DNA of 51,556 nucleotides from Puniceicoccales bacterium (GTDB lineage: Bacteria; Verrucomicrobiota; Verrucomicrobiia; Opitutales; LL51): contig JAISXO010000023.1 in the NCBI GenBank assembly GCA_031270475.1, forward strand, positions 1-51,556, written 5' to 3'. The stretch's first letter is position 1; every line of letters starts with the position of its first letter. The notes below the pieces were generated by a model. That model worked only from the letters and a program-made list of their open reading frames with translations. It was not told where the DNA came from and searched no databases. This document shows positions 8,665 through 17,586 of the stretch, in pieces. Made by a program: the position numbers and the translations under genes.

Positions 8665-10836
8665 ATGGGTAAGCGATTTTTATTGATTGGAATTGGCGGC
8701 ATGGGAATGGCTCCTCTTGCGCTCTATTTACGCCAACAAAACCATGATGTTTATGGCTATGACGACGCTTTGCCGACTTTTTTAGAGCATTTTTTAGAGC
8801 AGCAAAAAATTATTATTTGTAAAGTTTTCCCTGAAAATATTGACTATGTTGTTTATTCTAGTGCGATTTCCAGTGGTCATCCATGGTTAATTGAGGCGAA
8901 AAAGCACGGCATTGAAACGTGTCTTCGCGGTAAATTTTTAGCGAAATCTTGTAATGGAAAGAAAATGATTGCCATAACAGGTTCCCATGGAAAAACGACA
9001 GTGACGGGAATGCTTATCGATTGTTTACATAACTGTGACTATATTTTAGGAGGATTTTTTCGAGACGAAAAAAAGTTACCCGCCAAATATGCGTCGAAAA
9101 CCGATTTTTTTATTTGTGAAGTGGATGAAAGCGATCACACAATCGAACATTTTTCTCCCCATGTGGCGGTGGCACTCAACCTGGAAGACGACCATTTAGC
9201 TCAATATGGTAGTTCCGAAAATTTAGATTTAGCATTTGAAAAATTTTTCAAAAATACTCAACGGCTCATTGTTCTTCCCGACGGAGATATGCGATTGGAA
9301 AATATTATAAAAAATGCTAATGTTACAGCGGGAATTATAAAGGTAAAAATTGCCAATAATTTACATGGATTTGATGAAAATTTATTAATGTTGCAAGGTA
9401 TTCTTGGGGCACTTCTTGGGGCACTTAAAGCGGATGGACTTAAAATGGATGCCCTCACAAAGTTTTCTCCCTTATTTCGTCGCAACCAATTTTTAGGAAG
9501 ACTTGATTGGGGAGAGGGTATTGAAATTTGGGCCGATTACGCTCATCATCCAACGGAAATTACTCAATGTATTGCACGTTTTAATGAGGAAGGAAAAAGG
9601 ATTGATTTCGTTTTTCAGCCACATCGCTACACGCGCACACAGCAATATGCCCAGGCTTTTGCGAAGGCTTTTGCCGATAAAAATTGCACTTTTTTGCCCG
9701 TATATTCAGCCGGCGAAAAATTTCTGGCCGATGGTACAACGGAGACAATTTTAAAACATTCCCCTAAGGATAATAAGTTTAATTTTATCACATCTCTAAA
9801 TGATTTTTTCATAAAAAATAATGGTAATAAATTGCAAAATTTAAATAAAAATATATTTCCTGACAAAATTATATTCACTGGGGCTGGCGATATTTTCCGT
9901 CAAGCGCAAGCGTGGTTTTTTAAACAACAAATTCAATTATTGAAGATTTTTTTTACAAAGCAAGGAATTCCTTTTTCTGAAAATATTTCCGCTAAAAAAT
10001 ACAACACTCTCCGCATTGGCGGAATCATTGCACTCATGGTTGAGGCGGAAAATATCGAAATGCTTGCCGTTGTTTTACAGGAACTTACAAGGATAAAAAT
10101 ACCTTTTTTAGTCGTTGGTTATGGCTCAAATCTTTTGATCGATGATTTATGCGGCGTTTGGATTTCACTTCAAAAAATGCCTTCAGTTTTTACATTTAAA
10201 GGAAATTTGATTGAAGTTTCTGCGGGCTTTCCTTTACCGATTTTTTGCAAGCAAATTGCAAAACTTGGGCTCCAAGGAAGCGAAGAATTGGCAGGTATTC
10301 CTGGAACAATTGGTGGCGCATTATATATGAATGCGGGGACATCTCGACAAACGATTTCGGACAAACTTGTATCTATTGATGTAATAAATTCATCGGGCGA
10401 CCGTCAAACTATTAGCAAATCGCAAATTAATTTTACATACAGGAAAGGTTTTCGCGGAGGCATTATTTTGAGGGCAAAATTTCAATTTATAGATAGACAA
10501 GCTCCGGAAATCCTTTTGGAAAAAATTCATAAAAAAATGTTATGGCGCCGGGAATTTCAGCCCCAACAGCCTAATGTCGGTAGTATTTTTAAAAATCCAC
10601 AAAATTCGCCTGCAGGAATATTAATCGACCAAGCAAATTTAAAGGGGACTCAAATCGGCGGGGCAAAAATTTCTGAAAAACATGCTAATTTTATCATCAA
10701 TGCAGACGGCCAGGCGACAGCTAATGACGTTAAGCAACTCATCAATTTAGTTCGTCAAAAAGTTTTTGAACAACACGGAATCTTTCTTGAACGGGAAATT
10801 TTATTTGCATCGGAAATTTTTAAAACATATTTCTAA
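8665..10836 (+). CDS. murC/murB: Fused UDP-N-acetylmuramate--L-alanine ligase / UDP-N-acetylenolpyruvoylglucosamine reductase (MurC-MurB)
   Basis: The N-terminal part has GIGGMGMAPLALYL and GSHGKTTVTGM (Mur ligase). From about nt 10000 it has YNTLRIGG...VVGYGSNLLIDD...AGIPGTIGGALYMNAGT...FTYRKG...GSIFKNP (MurB FAD-binding fold). It is one uninterrupted 723-aa ORF. Confidence 0.9.
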   Translation: MGKRFLLIGIGGMGMAPLALYLRQQNHDVYGYDDALPTFLEHFLEQQKIIICKVFPENIDYVVYSSAISSGHPWLIEAKKHGIETCLRGKFLAKSCNGKKMIAITGSHGKTTVTGMLIDCLHNCDYILGGFFRDEKKLPAKYASKTDFFICEVDESDHTIEHFSPHVAVALNLEDDHLAQYGSSENLDLAFEKFFKNTQRLIVLPDGDMRLENIIKNANVTAGIIKVKIANNLHGFDENLLMLQGILGALLGALKADGLKMDALTKFSPLFRRNQFLGRLDWGEGIEIWADYAHHPTEITQCIARFNEEGKRIDFVFQPHRYTRTQQYAQAFAKAFADKNCTFLPVYSAGEKFLADGTTETILKHSPKDNKFNFITSLNDFFIKNNGNKLQNLNKNIFPDKIIFTGAGDIFRQAQAWFFKQQIQLLKIFFTKQGIPFSENISAKKYNTLRIGGIIALMVEAENIEMLAVVLQELTRIKIPFLVVGYGSNLLIDDLCGVWISLQKMPSVFTFKGNLIEVSAGFPLPIFCKQIAKLGLQGSEELAGIPGTIGGALYMNAGTSRQTISDKLVSIDVINSSGDRQTISKSQINFTYRKGFRGGIILRAKFQFIDRQAPEILLEKIHKKMLWRREFQPQQPNVGSIFKNPQNSPAGILIDQANLKGTQIGGAKISEKHANFIINADGQATANDVKQLINLVRQKVFEQHGIFLEREILFASEIFKTYF

Positions 10837-11009
10837 ATATTTTTCGCTTCTTTACTTTTTTATGTTTTTTCATTTTCGCAACCTTACCTTGAAATGCTCG
10901 ATTTAAGTCTGAAATGTCATTAAAGGATGCCGCTTCCATAGTGCTATTCTGGCCCACCGAAATCGATGGTATACTCACACGACTCTCCAAAACGGACTCT
11001 CCAAAACGA

Positions 11010-11219
11010 TCAGTAATTACTCAGATTGAACAAATCTTTATGCCAAATTCCACACGCATTTAGTTTCCTCACAACTTGTTTCGTTTTTTTTGCAATGCTC
11101 CTTTTTACGTTGCTCTGATTCTTCTTCAAGAAAACTTTCAAGCGAACAAACATCGAGCACCATTCGAATCGCCACATAATGCTGAGCATTGAACATAAAG
11201 CCCCTAAGAACGACGACAT
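11010..11219 (-). CDS. Hypothetical small basic protein (69 aa), doubtful
   Basis: This is the only ORF of at least 60 aa in a ~550-bp AT-rich gap. No family recognised. Confidence 0.2.
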   Translation of the reverse strand: MSSFLGALCSMLSIMWRFEWCSMFVRLKVFLKKNQSNVKRSIAKKTKQVVRKLNACGIWHKDLFNLSNY

Positions 11220-11416
11220 AATTTTTTATTAAGTTTTTCGATTAATTTTACGAATCATTTTGCCCATTACAGTTGCAGCAATTACTTCATTAATATTCAT
11301 TTGCAAGAATTTTTTATGAAAAATTAAATATATAATGGGATGTTATATAAAAAATTTGCAATCTATTTTAATTTTAATATATTTATTGCGTGGTTTATTG
11401 TGAAAATTCAAAATGG

Positions 11417-12874
11417 ATGGAAAAACGGTCGATGGGGGTTATGATGCACATTTCCTGCTTGCCAAGTCAACAGGGCATCGGATGCTTCAACAAAATAGCT
11501 TTTCGTTTTATCGATTTTTTAACAAATTCAACCGTTGGCTATTGGCAAATTTGCCCCATGAGTCCGACGAGCTACGGCGATTCCCCTTACCAGGGAACCT
11601 CCGCCTTCGCAATTAATCCTTACTTCCTTGACCTAGAACCCTTTGGAATAGATAGCATTCCTATCCATTTATCTGTACAACCCAATCGAGTGCCCTTTGG
11701 TGAAATTTATGAATATTTTAATAATTTATTAAGAAATTTCGGCCCCACTCTGGTTAAAAAATTTGGAAATAGTGTAATTTTTTTTAAATTCAAACAAATT
11801 CATGCCCATTGGCTGAAACCCTATGCACTTTTTACGTCACTGAAATACTTTTTTAGTGGAAAGCCCTGGTTCGAATGGCCCAAAGAATATAAATTTTATA
11901 AAAAAATTGATAGCTCAAAATTACCAGATGATGTCGTCAAATATTGTGAATATTATGAAGTTTTGCAGTATATTTTACATGTTCAGTGGCAGAAAATCAA
12001 ACGCTATGCCAATCAACATCACGTCAAAATTATTGGCGATATCCCGATCTACCCCGGGTTTGATAGCGCAGATGTCTGGAGCGAACCGGAAATTTTTCAG
12101 CTCGATAAACAATTAAATCCTAAAAAACTTGCCGGTGTCCCCCCTGATTATTTTTCCCCGGAAGGCCAACTCTGGGGAAATCCGGTCTACGATTGGGAAT
12201 TTTTACAACAAAACCAATATGACTGGTGGCAGCGACGAATCCAACGCAATGGAGAATTGTTTGATGTCCTTCGCCTTGACCATTTTCGCGGGTTCGACCA
12301 CTTCTGGACTGTCCCCGCTAATGCCGAAAATGCCGTCAACGGAACATGGGAAATGGGACCCGGGAAAAAATTGTTTAAATATCTAAAAAAATATAAGTTT
12401 ATCGCCGAAGATTTGGGCGATATCGACGACAATACCCGCCAATTACAGCAAGATTTACATTTCCCTGGCATGAAAGTTCTGCAATTTGCCTTCTCCGGAG
12501 ACCCTAAAAATATTTATTTGCCACACCATCATGACAAAAATGCCCTCCTATACCTGGGGACTCACGACAATGATACGTTGCGGGGATGGTATGCTAACCT
12601 TAATGAAAGCGCCAAAGATCAAATCCGTCGTTATTTTGGTGTCAGCGATCACGATGTTACCTGGAAATTTTTGACAGAAATTTACCGATCTACCTGTTTT
12701 TTGGGGGTTATTTGTGTTCAAGATTTGCTCACCTTAGATTCCGAAGCGCGATTTAATACGCCCGGGACCCAGAACAATAACTGGCAATGGCGTATGACAG
12801 ATGCTCAATTCACGGAATTGGAAAGGATGGCCCCTACCCTAAAAGCATATGCGTTGCAGTATGATCGATCGTAA
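11417..12874 (+). CDS. malQ: 4-alpha-glucanotransferase (amylomaltase, GH77)
   Basis: GVMMHISCLPS..GIG, DSPYQGTSAFAINPYF, LRLDHFRGF, AEDLGDI and GTHDNDT. The track start at 11390 is GTG. The first ATG is at 11417 and another lies at 11432. Confidence 0.9.
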   Translation: MEKRSMGVMMHISCLPSQQGIGCFNKIAFRFIDFLTNSTVGYWQICPMSPTSYGDSPYQGTSAFAINPYFLDLEPFGIDSIPIHLSVQPNRVPFGEIYEYFNNLLRNFGPTLVKKFGNSVIFFKFKQIHAHWLKPYALFTSLKYFFSGKPWFEWPKEYKFYKKIDSSKLPDDVVKYCEYYEVLQYILHVQWQKIKRYANQHHVKIIGDIPIYPGFDSADVWSEPEIFQLDKQLNPKKLAGVPPDYFSPEGQLWGNPVYDWEFLQQNQYDWWQRRIQRNGELFDVLRLDHFRGFDHFWTVPANAENAVNGTWEMGPGKKLFKYLKKYKFIAEDLGDIDDNTRQLQQDLHFPGMKVLQFAFSGDPKNIYLPHHHDKNALLYLGTHDNDTLRGWYANLNESAKDQIRRYFGVSDHDVTWKFLTEIYRSTCFLGVICVQDLLTLDSEARFNTPGTQNNNWQWRMTDAQFTELERMAPTLKAYALQYDRS

Positions 12875-12974
12875 TTAGTCTGTTTTTCCGTATTATTAAA
12901 CTTGTTTTTGAAATTGTTTACAAATGGAATTTTAATATTTGCTATAAATAGAAAAATAAATATCTTTCAGCCTG

Positions 12975-13397
12975 ATGGATCGAAAAGGATATCTGTTAAT
13001 TGAAATTATTTTTGCACTTGCACTTTTTGGAGTGACTGCGGGTGTCGTGACAAATGGATTTTTAATTGGGCTTCGGTTGCGTGAAAAAGCAGATACCAAT
13101 CGCAATGAAGCAGTTGTCACAACGATGCTGATTAATCGTATTAATCGTATGCCAACTTCTAATAATGCACCTAATGCACCTAATGCACCTACCACTATCA
13201 GAAGCGAGATTGAGATGCATTTTGGCAAAGAAAAATGGCGGCTAAAAATAGCACCGGGAAGCCAATATCTAGTTGGAGGCACTTTTCCTAAATTGTTTGC
13301 TTGTGATATCAAAGTTGCCCAAATCGAGGATTTCAATGGAAATAAAATCGCATCCCCTGAGGAAAAAGAATATCATATTTTCCGTCATATTCCTTAA
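12975..13397 (+). CDS. Prepilin-type N-terminal domain protein (pseudopilin-like)
   Basis: The N-terminus MDRKGYLLIEIIFALALFGVTAG has a G-Y-L-L-I-E prepilin-like signature. It contains a 3 x 9-bp repeat (NAPNAPNAP, 13164-13190). The antisense track ORF 12932-13336 is rejected. Confidence 0.5.
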   Translation: MDRKGYLLIEIIFALALFGVTAGVVTNGFLIGLRLREKADTNRNEAVVTTMLINRINRMPTSNNAPNAPNAPTTIRSEIEMHFGKEKWRLKIAPGSQYLVGGTFPKLFACDIKVAQIEDFNGNKIASPEEKEYHIFRHIP

Positions 13398-13474
13398 TTT
13401 TTATTTTGATCCTTCTATCATCAAGAATAGCTTGAAAATCCTTTGAATTTTTTATTACTCATTGCCGGAGTATT

Positions 13475-15142
13475 ATGATTTCTCTTCTACAAAAAGTTTT
13501 GCAAAAACACCATAAGTGGTTGTTTTCAATTTTATTGGCTGTTGTTACGATCAGCTTTGTTTTCACCGTAGGGTCCTCTCCCGGTATCGGTCGCAATATG
13601 CAGAGACAGGAAAAAAAGATCTTTGGCTACGAGTTATCTTCCCCAAAAAGCGTTAGTCAGTTGATGAAGGAAGTCGAGTTGAACGCCCAGTTGCAACAAA
13701 TCTTTATCGGGACGGAAGCATTGCAAAATTATGCCCTATTTTCCCGACTCGCAATACTGAAACTTGCCAACGATTTTGGCATTCCTAAGTCCAATAAAAA
13801 GTCGCTCAACCGCTTCATCGAAAATTACCCAATTTTCCAAGACGATAATAAAAAATTCGACGCCAATAAATATAATGATTTTCTGGAACGGATGAAGAAG
13901 GATTCTACCCAGTTGGGAGTATTCGAACGGACGATTGCCAATGATTCCAAAATTGCTACAATGGAAAAATTGCTCTTGGGCCAAGGATATGCTTTAGATA
14001 GCCAGGCAAAATCAGAGATTGTACGGGGAAAGACAGAATACTCCTTTTTAACGGCTAAGTTTGACGCTTCGCTCCTAACGAATGAGCCCCAATACGCGGA
14101 AGATGAACTTCAGCAATATTTTGACATGCATCAGGACGCCTACCAAATAGGAGAACAGATTGTCCTAAATTATATCGAATTTCCTTTGGAATCGTTTGCC
14201 GAAAAAATCCCCGAACCGTCACTTTCGGATTTGCAGCAAATTTATAGGGCTCACAAAAATCAATTCCAGAACCTGCTCGAAGGATCCAAAGAGTTGGAAA
14301 CTGCCCTCATCGAGACCTATCAACATAATATGATCGATCGCCTAGCCATGGAAGCCGCTACCCAGTTTGCCTATGATCTTTATGAAAAAAATATTATCCA
14401 CGGTTCTGAACAATTTAAACAACTCATCGAAGAGAGAAAACTAAAAGTATCTCCACTGGATCCCGTAACATTGGGACAATTTTCTGAAAACGAACACTTT
14501 TCCGATGAATCCTTAGCCCAGGCAAGTAAGTTAAATGGGGACCGCTATTTTTCGGATCCCGTATGGGCGAAGAACGGTAATCCGTGTCTCCTATTATATC
14601 AGGACCTCATTCCATCGATTTATCCGCCGCTGGACATCGTTCGCGAACAAGTTATTCGAGATTTTATGGTGTGGAAAAAAGAGGAAATCTTCTCACAACA
14701 AATTGATGAAATTCAAAAAACATTGGCCGAAATAGATCACCTATCTCCGGAAGTATTTGCAAAAATTGTCACCAACAAAAGGGGTACGTTTGCAAAGCTT
14801 GATAGAAAGACTCTCAATGAAGGCATCGCTCCCCAGGAACAGGAAGTACTATTATCCCTTCGCGTTGGAACTACCTCCAAGGCAATTTTCACGAAAAAAA
14901 TGGAAGCAGAAATTATATTTCTCACCAAAAGAGAAATCCCTTCAAATATCGATTCAGCCAATTTGGAGCAAATGGTAACGATTTTGGAGAAGAAAAATAA
15001 GGAAGGTTTCAACGATTACATCCTCGAAATGATTCTCGATGAAATAGGAGTTACGGAAAGACGCGAAGAGACTATGCAGCATTTCCAAATGATGGCATCT
15101 CTCATTTATATGCAACGCCATCGGAACGAATTTAAATTTTAA
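13475..15142 (+). CDS. PpiD-like membrane-anchored periplasmic chaperone (SurA-N-like region; no recognisable parvulin domain)
   Basis: N-terminal anchor HHKWLFSILLAVVTISFVFTVG. The repeated motif pattern AEDELQQYFDMHQDAYQIGEQIVLNYIEF and SLSDLQQIYRAHKNQFQ resembles the E. coli PpiD architecture. Confidence 0.5.
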   Translation: MISLLQKVLQKHHKWLFSILLAVVTISFVFTVGSSPGIGRNMQRQEKKIFGYELSSPKSVSQLMKEVELNAQLQQIFIGTEALQNYALFSRLAILKLANDFGIPKSNKKSLNRFIENYPIFQDDNKKFDANKYNDFLERMKKDSTQLGVFERTIANDSKIATMEKLLLGQGYALDSQAKSEIVRGKTEYSFLTAKFDASLLTNEPQYAEDELQQYFDMHQDAYQIGEQIVLNYIEFPLESFAEKIPEPSLSDLQQIYRAHKNQFQNLLEGSKELETALIETYQHNMIDRLAMEAATQFAYDLYEKNIIHGSEQFKQLIEERKLKVSPLDPVTLGQFSENEHFSDESLAQASKLNGDRYFSDPVWAKNGNPCLLLYQDLIPSIYPPLDIVREQVIRDFMVWKKEEIFSQQIDEIQKTLAEIDHLSPEVFAKIVTNKRGTFAKLDRKTLNEGIAPQEQEVLLSLRVGTTSKAIFTKKMEAEIIFLTKREIPSNIDSANLEQMVTILEKKNKEGFNDYILEMILDEIGVTERREETMQHFQMMASLIYMQRHRNEFKF

Positions 15143-15155
15143 TTTATTTATAAAA

Positions 15156-15184
15156 TTGACAGAGTATTATTCTCTCCTTAGCTT
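15156..15184 (+). promoter_or_regulatory. Putative promoter (TTGACA, 17-nt spacer, TAGCTT) ending 12 nt before the ATG at 15197
   Basis: Perfect -35 hexamer preceded by ataaaa. No SD lies between the -10 and the ATG. Confidence 0.4.
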
Positions 15185-15196
15185 ACTACCACATCT

Positions 15197-16300
15197 ATGG
15201 TGATTAGTCTTCAAAATTCTGTTTTGTGTGGTGGTGTCCTTGGAGCACTATTGTTGGTGGGGGGATGTGAATCGATCGGCCCAAATTTTGCTCGGAAGGT
15301 GCATGATGAATACAATAATGCCCTCGGTAAAGCAAATGACGAACAGCTTTTGCTCAACATTGTTCGTTTAAAATACCGCGATAGGTTAAATTTTCTCGAA
15401 GTAGGCGAAATTAATGAAAATCGCAAATGGACGACGCGAATCGGTCCCAATGGTTCTTCATTTGGACTCGTTGGTAATTCAGGTAAGCATACATTGGGTG
15501 TAACCGCTTATACCGAAGTTTTTCAAAACCCTACGGTTCGCTATTATCCACTTAAGGGTGAAGATTTTACGAAAAGGATGCTTTCTCCCTTACCCATTGC
15601 GGCCGTATTGGGATTAAGTCAAGCGGGCTGGGATATCAAGCGCGTTTTCAATCTATGCGTCGAGTGTATTAATCATTTGGATAATGCTTCCACGGCTTCC
15701 GGTCCCACTCCCATGCGAAAGCCGGAGTATGAATCGTTTGCCAAGGCAGTTGCTCAGATGGATGCATTATATAACCAAAAACGCTTAATTATCGGTCTCA
15801 GCTCCGATGATCAGAAAAAGAATCTTGTCCTACGATTTACGGATTCCGATTCCCAAAGTCAGCAATTGAAATCTATTTTGAAACTCGATCCGAATAGCTC
15901 CGAATTCCATTTTAATTCTAATTTTCTCGATGCGAGCAATACGAATTTAACAGTACGAACGCGTTCGGTTATGGAAGTTTTGTTCTACCTTTCTCACGCG
16001 GTTAACGTTCCACAAAAGGACACCGCTGAAGGACTGGTCACGGAAACAAGAGATCATAATGGGGAAGTATTTGATTGGAGCCAATATCTTTCAGGAGAAT
16101 GGATCGCAATCAATTGTAGCGAAGGTCGAAATCGCCCCAAAAATGCTTTTGTTAGTGTCTTTTATCGAGGGAAATGGTTCTTTATCGCCGATAGTGATCT
16201 GAATAGTAAGTCGACTTTTATGTTCCTCGATTACCTATTTAATTTGCAATCGGGAAATCCAATGACATTCGTTCCAACACTTACCGTTTCGACAAATTAG
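15197..16300 (+). CDS. Hypothetical lipoprotein
   Basis: The N-terminus ...GALLLVGGCESIG has a lipobox-like L-V-G-G-C. 367 aa, no family recognised. Confidence 0.6.
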   Translation: MVISLQNSVLCGGVLGALLLVGGCESIGPNFARKVHDEYNNALGKANDEQLLLNIVRLKYRDRLNFLEVGEINENRKWTTRIGPNGSSFGLVGNSGKHTLGVTAYTEVFQNPTVRYYPLKGEDFTKRMLSPLPIAAVLGLSQAGWDIKRVFNLCVECINHLDNASTASGPTPMRKPEYESFAKAVAQMDALYNQKRLIIGLSSDDQKKNLVLRFTDSDSQSQQLKSILKLDPNSSEFHFNSNFLDASNTNLTVRTRSVMEVLFYLSHAVNVPQKDTAEGLVTETRDHNGEVFDWSQYLSGEWIAINCSEGRNRPKNAFVSVFYRGKWFFIADSDLNSKSTFMFLDYLFNLQSGNPMTFVPTLTVSTN

Positions 16301-16437
16301 GGTTGTATTTTTCACGATTTTAAATGATTAAGCGCTAAATTTTTATATTTGCGCTTTTTTTGTGTTGCAAAAATCTGTAAAATCATTTCCATAGGAGACG
16401 CAAAGAATTTTCTTGTGATTTTTCTGGCAAATTTGGG

Positions 16438-16926
16438 ATGAATATGGATTACAAAAAAGAAGTAAATAACTTACTTGGGGAACTAGGAAAGGTACTAGAT
16501 TTGTCGTCGCTTGAACTCGATATAAATAATCATTGTCTCATCCTATTCGACGATAAAATCGTCCTCAATCTAGAACTTCAAGAGGAAAAAGGTGCCCTAA
16601 TCGTCTATGCTTATATCAGTGTTGTACCATTTGCCGGAAAAGAATTGATTCTAGAAATTTTATTGGAAGCAAATTTCTTTTGGAGAATTTCCCACGGTGC
16701 AACTTTTGCAATCGATAAACAAACTCAGACTCTCATCTTAGAACAAAAATTCCCTCTTCCCATGGAAAAACCGGAAAGTTTTCAGGATGATTTAGGAATT
16801 TTCGTCGATGTGGTGGAAGCATGGATGAAAAGGATTGACGATATTTGTACCGAAGCTGAAATGTTATTAGAAACAAATTTGAAGGTAGAAAAAACGGAAA
16901 AAAAATATGGATCATGGAAATATTAG
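16438..16926 (+). CDS. Type III secretion class I chaperone-like protein (CesT/SycE/Slc1 family pattern)
   Basis: Small acidic protein with the family pattern LLGELGKVLDLSSLELDINNHCLILFDDKIVLNLELQEEKGALIVYAYISVVP...ELILEILLEANFFWRISHGATFAIDKQTQTLILEQKFPL...ESFQDDLGIFVDVVEAWMKRI. Confidence 0.65.
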   Translation: MNMDYKKEVNNLLGELGKVLDLSSLELDINNHCLILFDDKIVLNLELQEEKGALIVYAYISVVPFAGKELILEILLEANFFWRISHGATFAIDKQTQTLILEQKFPLPMEKPESFQDDLGIFVDVVEAWMKRIDDICTEAEMLLETNLKVEKTEKKYGSWKY

Positions 16927-16934
16927 GAGAAAAT

Positions 16935-17402
16935 ATGGAAAAAATAACGGAAACAACGGATAAAGATCGAGAACCGGAAAAAAATATCTCGAAAATTTCC
17001 CAAAAAAGAAAACCCCGCAGCACAAAAGATTTGACCGCAGCGTTCGATGGAAATTGGGAACTCGAAGAAGAAAATCTGAATACCAAACATAAGAAAAAAA
17101 TTCACCAAGTTGATGCCGCTAAAAAAATAATAGGTGATCCTTGGGCAATCGTTCCCCATACTTTGCTTTCTTCCCGAAAGGTTGCCGCCGGAAGTAAACT
17201 TAAAAGCAAAAATATTCGAATACAGAAAATTACGACCATAAAAAAGCTTTCAAAAAAAAATCTCGACCTATTCGTCGAGACAACGCCACTTCCCCAGCGA
17301 AAAGCAAAACAAATCGATTTACTCTCCCAAACGCTCTCCCAGGTCATAGAAAAAACTCTCCGGGATTATAATTCCATTAATTTTAGAATCCGAGCTTCCT
17401 AA
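16935..17402 (+). CDS. Hypothetical basic hydrophilic protein (candidate chaperone-associated T3SS substrate)
   Basis: Track ORF 16914-17402. The ATG at 16935 has AGGAG 5 nt upstream. The protein is K/R/T/E-rich, with no signal peptide and no TM segment. It overlaps or abuts the chaperone gene. Confidence 0.5.
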   Translation: MEKITETTDKDREPEKNISKISQKRKPRSTKDLTAAFDGNWELEEENLNTKHKKKIHQVDAAKKIIGDPWAIVPHTLLSSRKVAAGSKLKSKNIRIQKITTIKKLSKKNLDLFVETTPLPQRKAKQIDLLSQTLSQVIEKTLRDYNSINFRIRAS

Positions 17403-17404
17403 AA

Positions 17405-17582
17405 GCAAGGAAATTGCTGTGGATCCCTACTTCACACTTCGCAATGAGTCGTAAAATTCCTTGACCTTCTTCTGCGAGCCAGCGACGGCGCAAAGAGCTG
17501 GGCGAAAAAATTCTTTTCCAAGATTCCGGATCTAGGGGATGGATCTCTTGGGGAGGATTCTAAGGACGCGCAGTCCTTAAAT
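17405..17582 (-). repeat. Degenerate, partly AT-decayed copy of the GC-rich mosaic repeat (copy H, inverted)
   Basis: The reverse complement reads TTAAGGACTGCGCGTCCTTAGAATCCTCCCCAAGAGATCCATCCCCTAGATCC...CGCCCAGCTCTTTGCGCCGTCGCTGGCTCGCAGAAGAAGGTCAAGG. This is colinear with the first and last modules of the copy at 25650-25935. Confidence 0.55.
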
Positions 17583-17586
17583 AGCT

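Noticed and set aside
9403-9426. Perfect 12-bp tandem duplication (CTTGGGGCACTT x2) in murC/murB, giving LGALLGAL
   Set aside because: It is an in-frame 4-aa duplication in a helical segment, probably a trivial slippage event. It is not evidence of anything functional.
10981-11008. Perfect 14-bp tandem duplication (GACTCTCCAAAACG x2) downstream of murC/murB
   Set aside because: There are only two units, with no associated structure or gene. It is most likely a replication-slippage scar.
13164-13190. 3 x 9-bp repeat (AATGCACCT) encoding NAPNAPNAP in the pseudopilin-like gene
   Set aside because: It is short and in frame. It could vary in copy number, but there is too little signal here to claim phase or antigenic variation.
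12932-13336. 134-aa minus-strand ORF
   Set aside because: It lies antisense to the plus-strand ORF, which carries a prepilin-type N-terminal signature.
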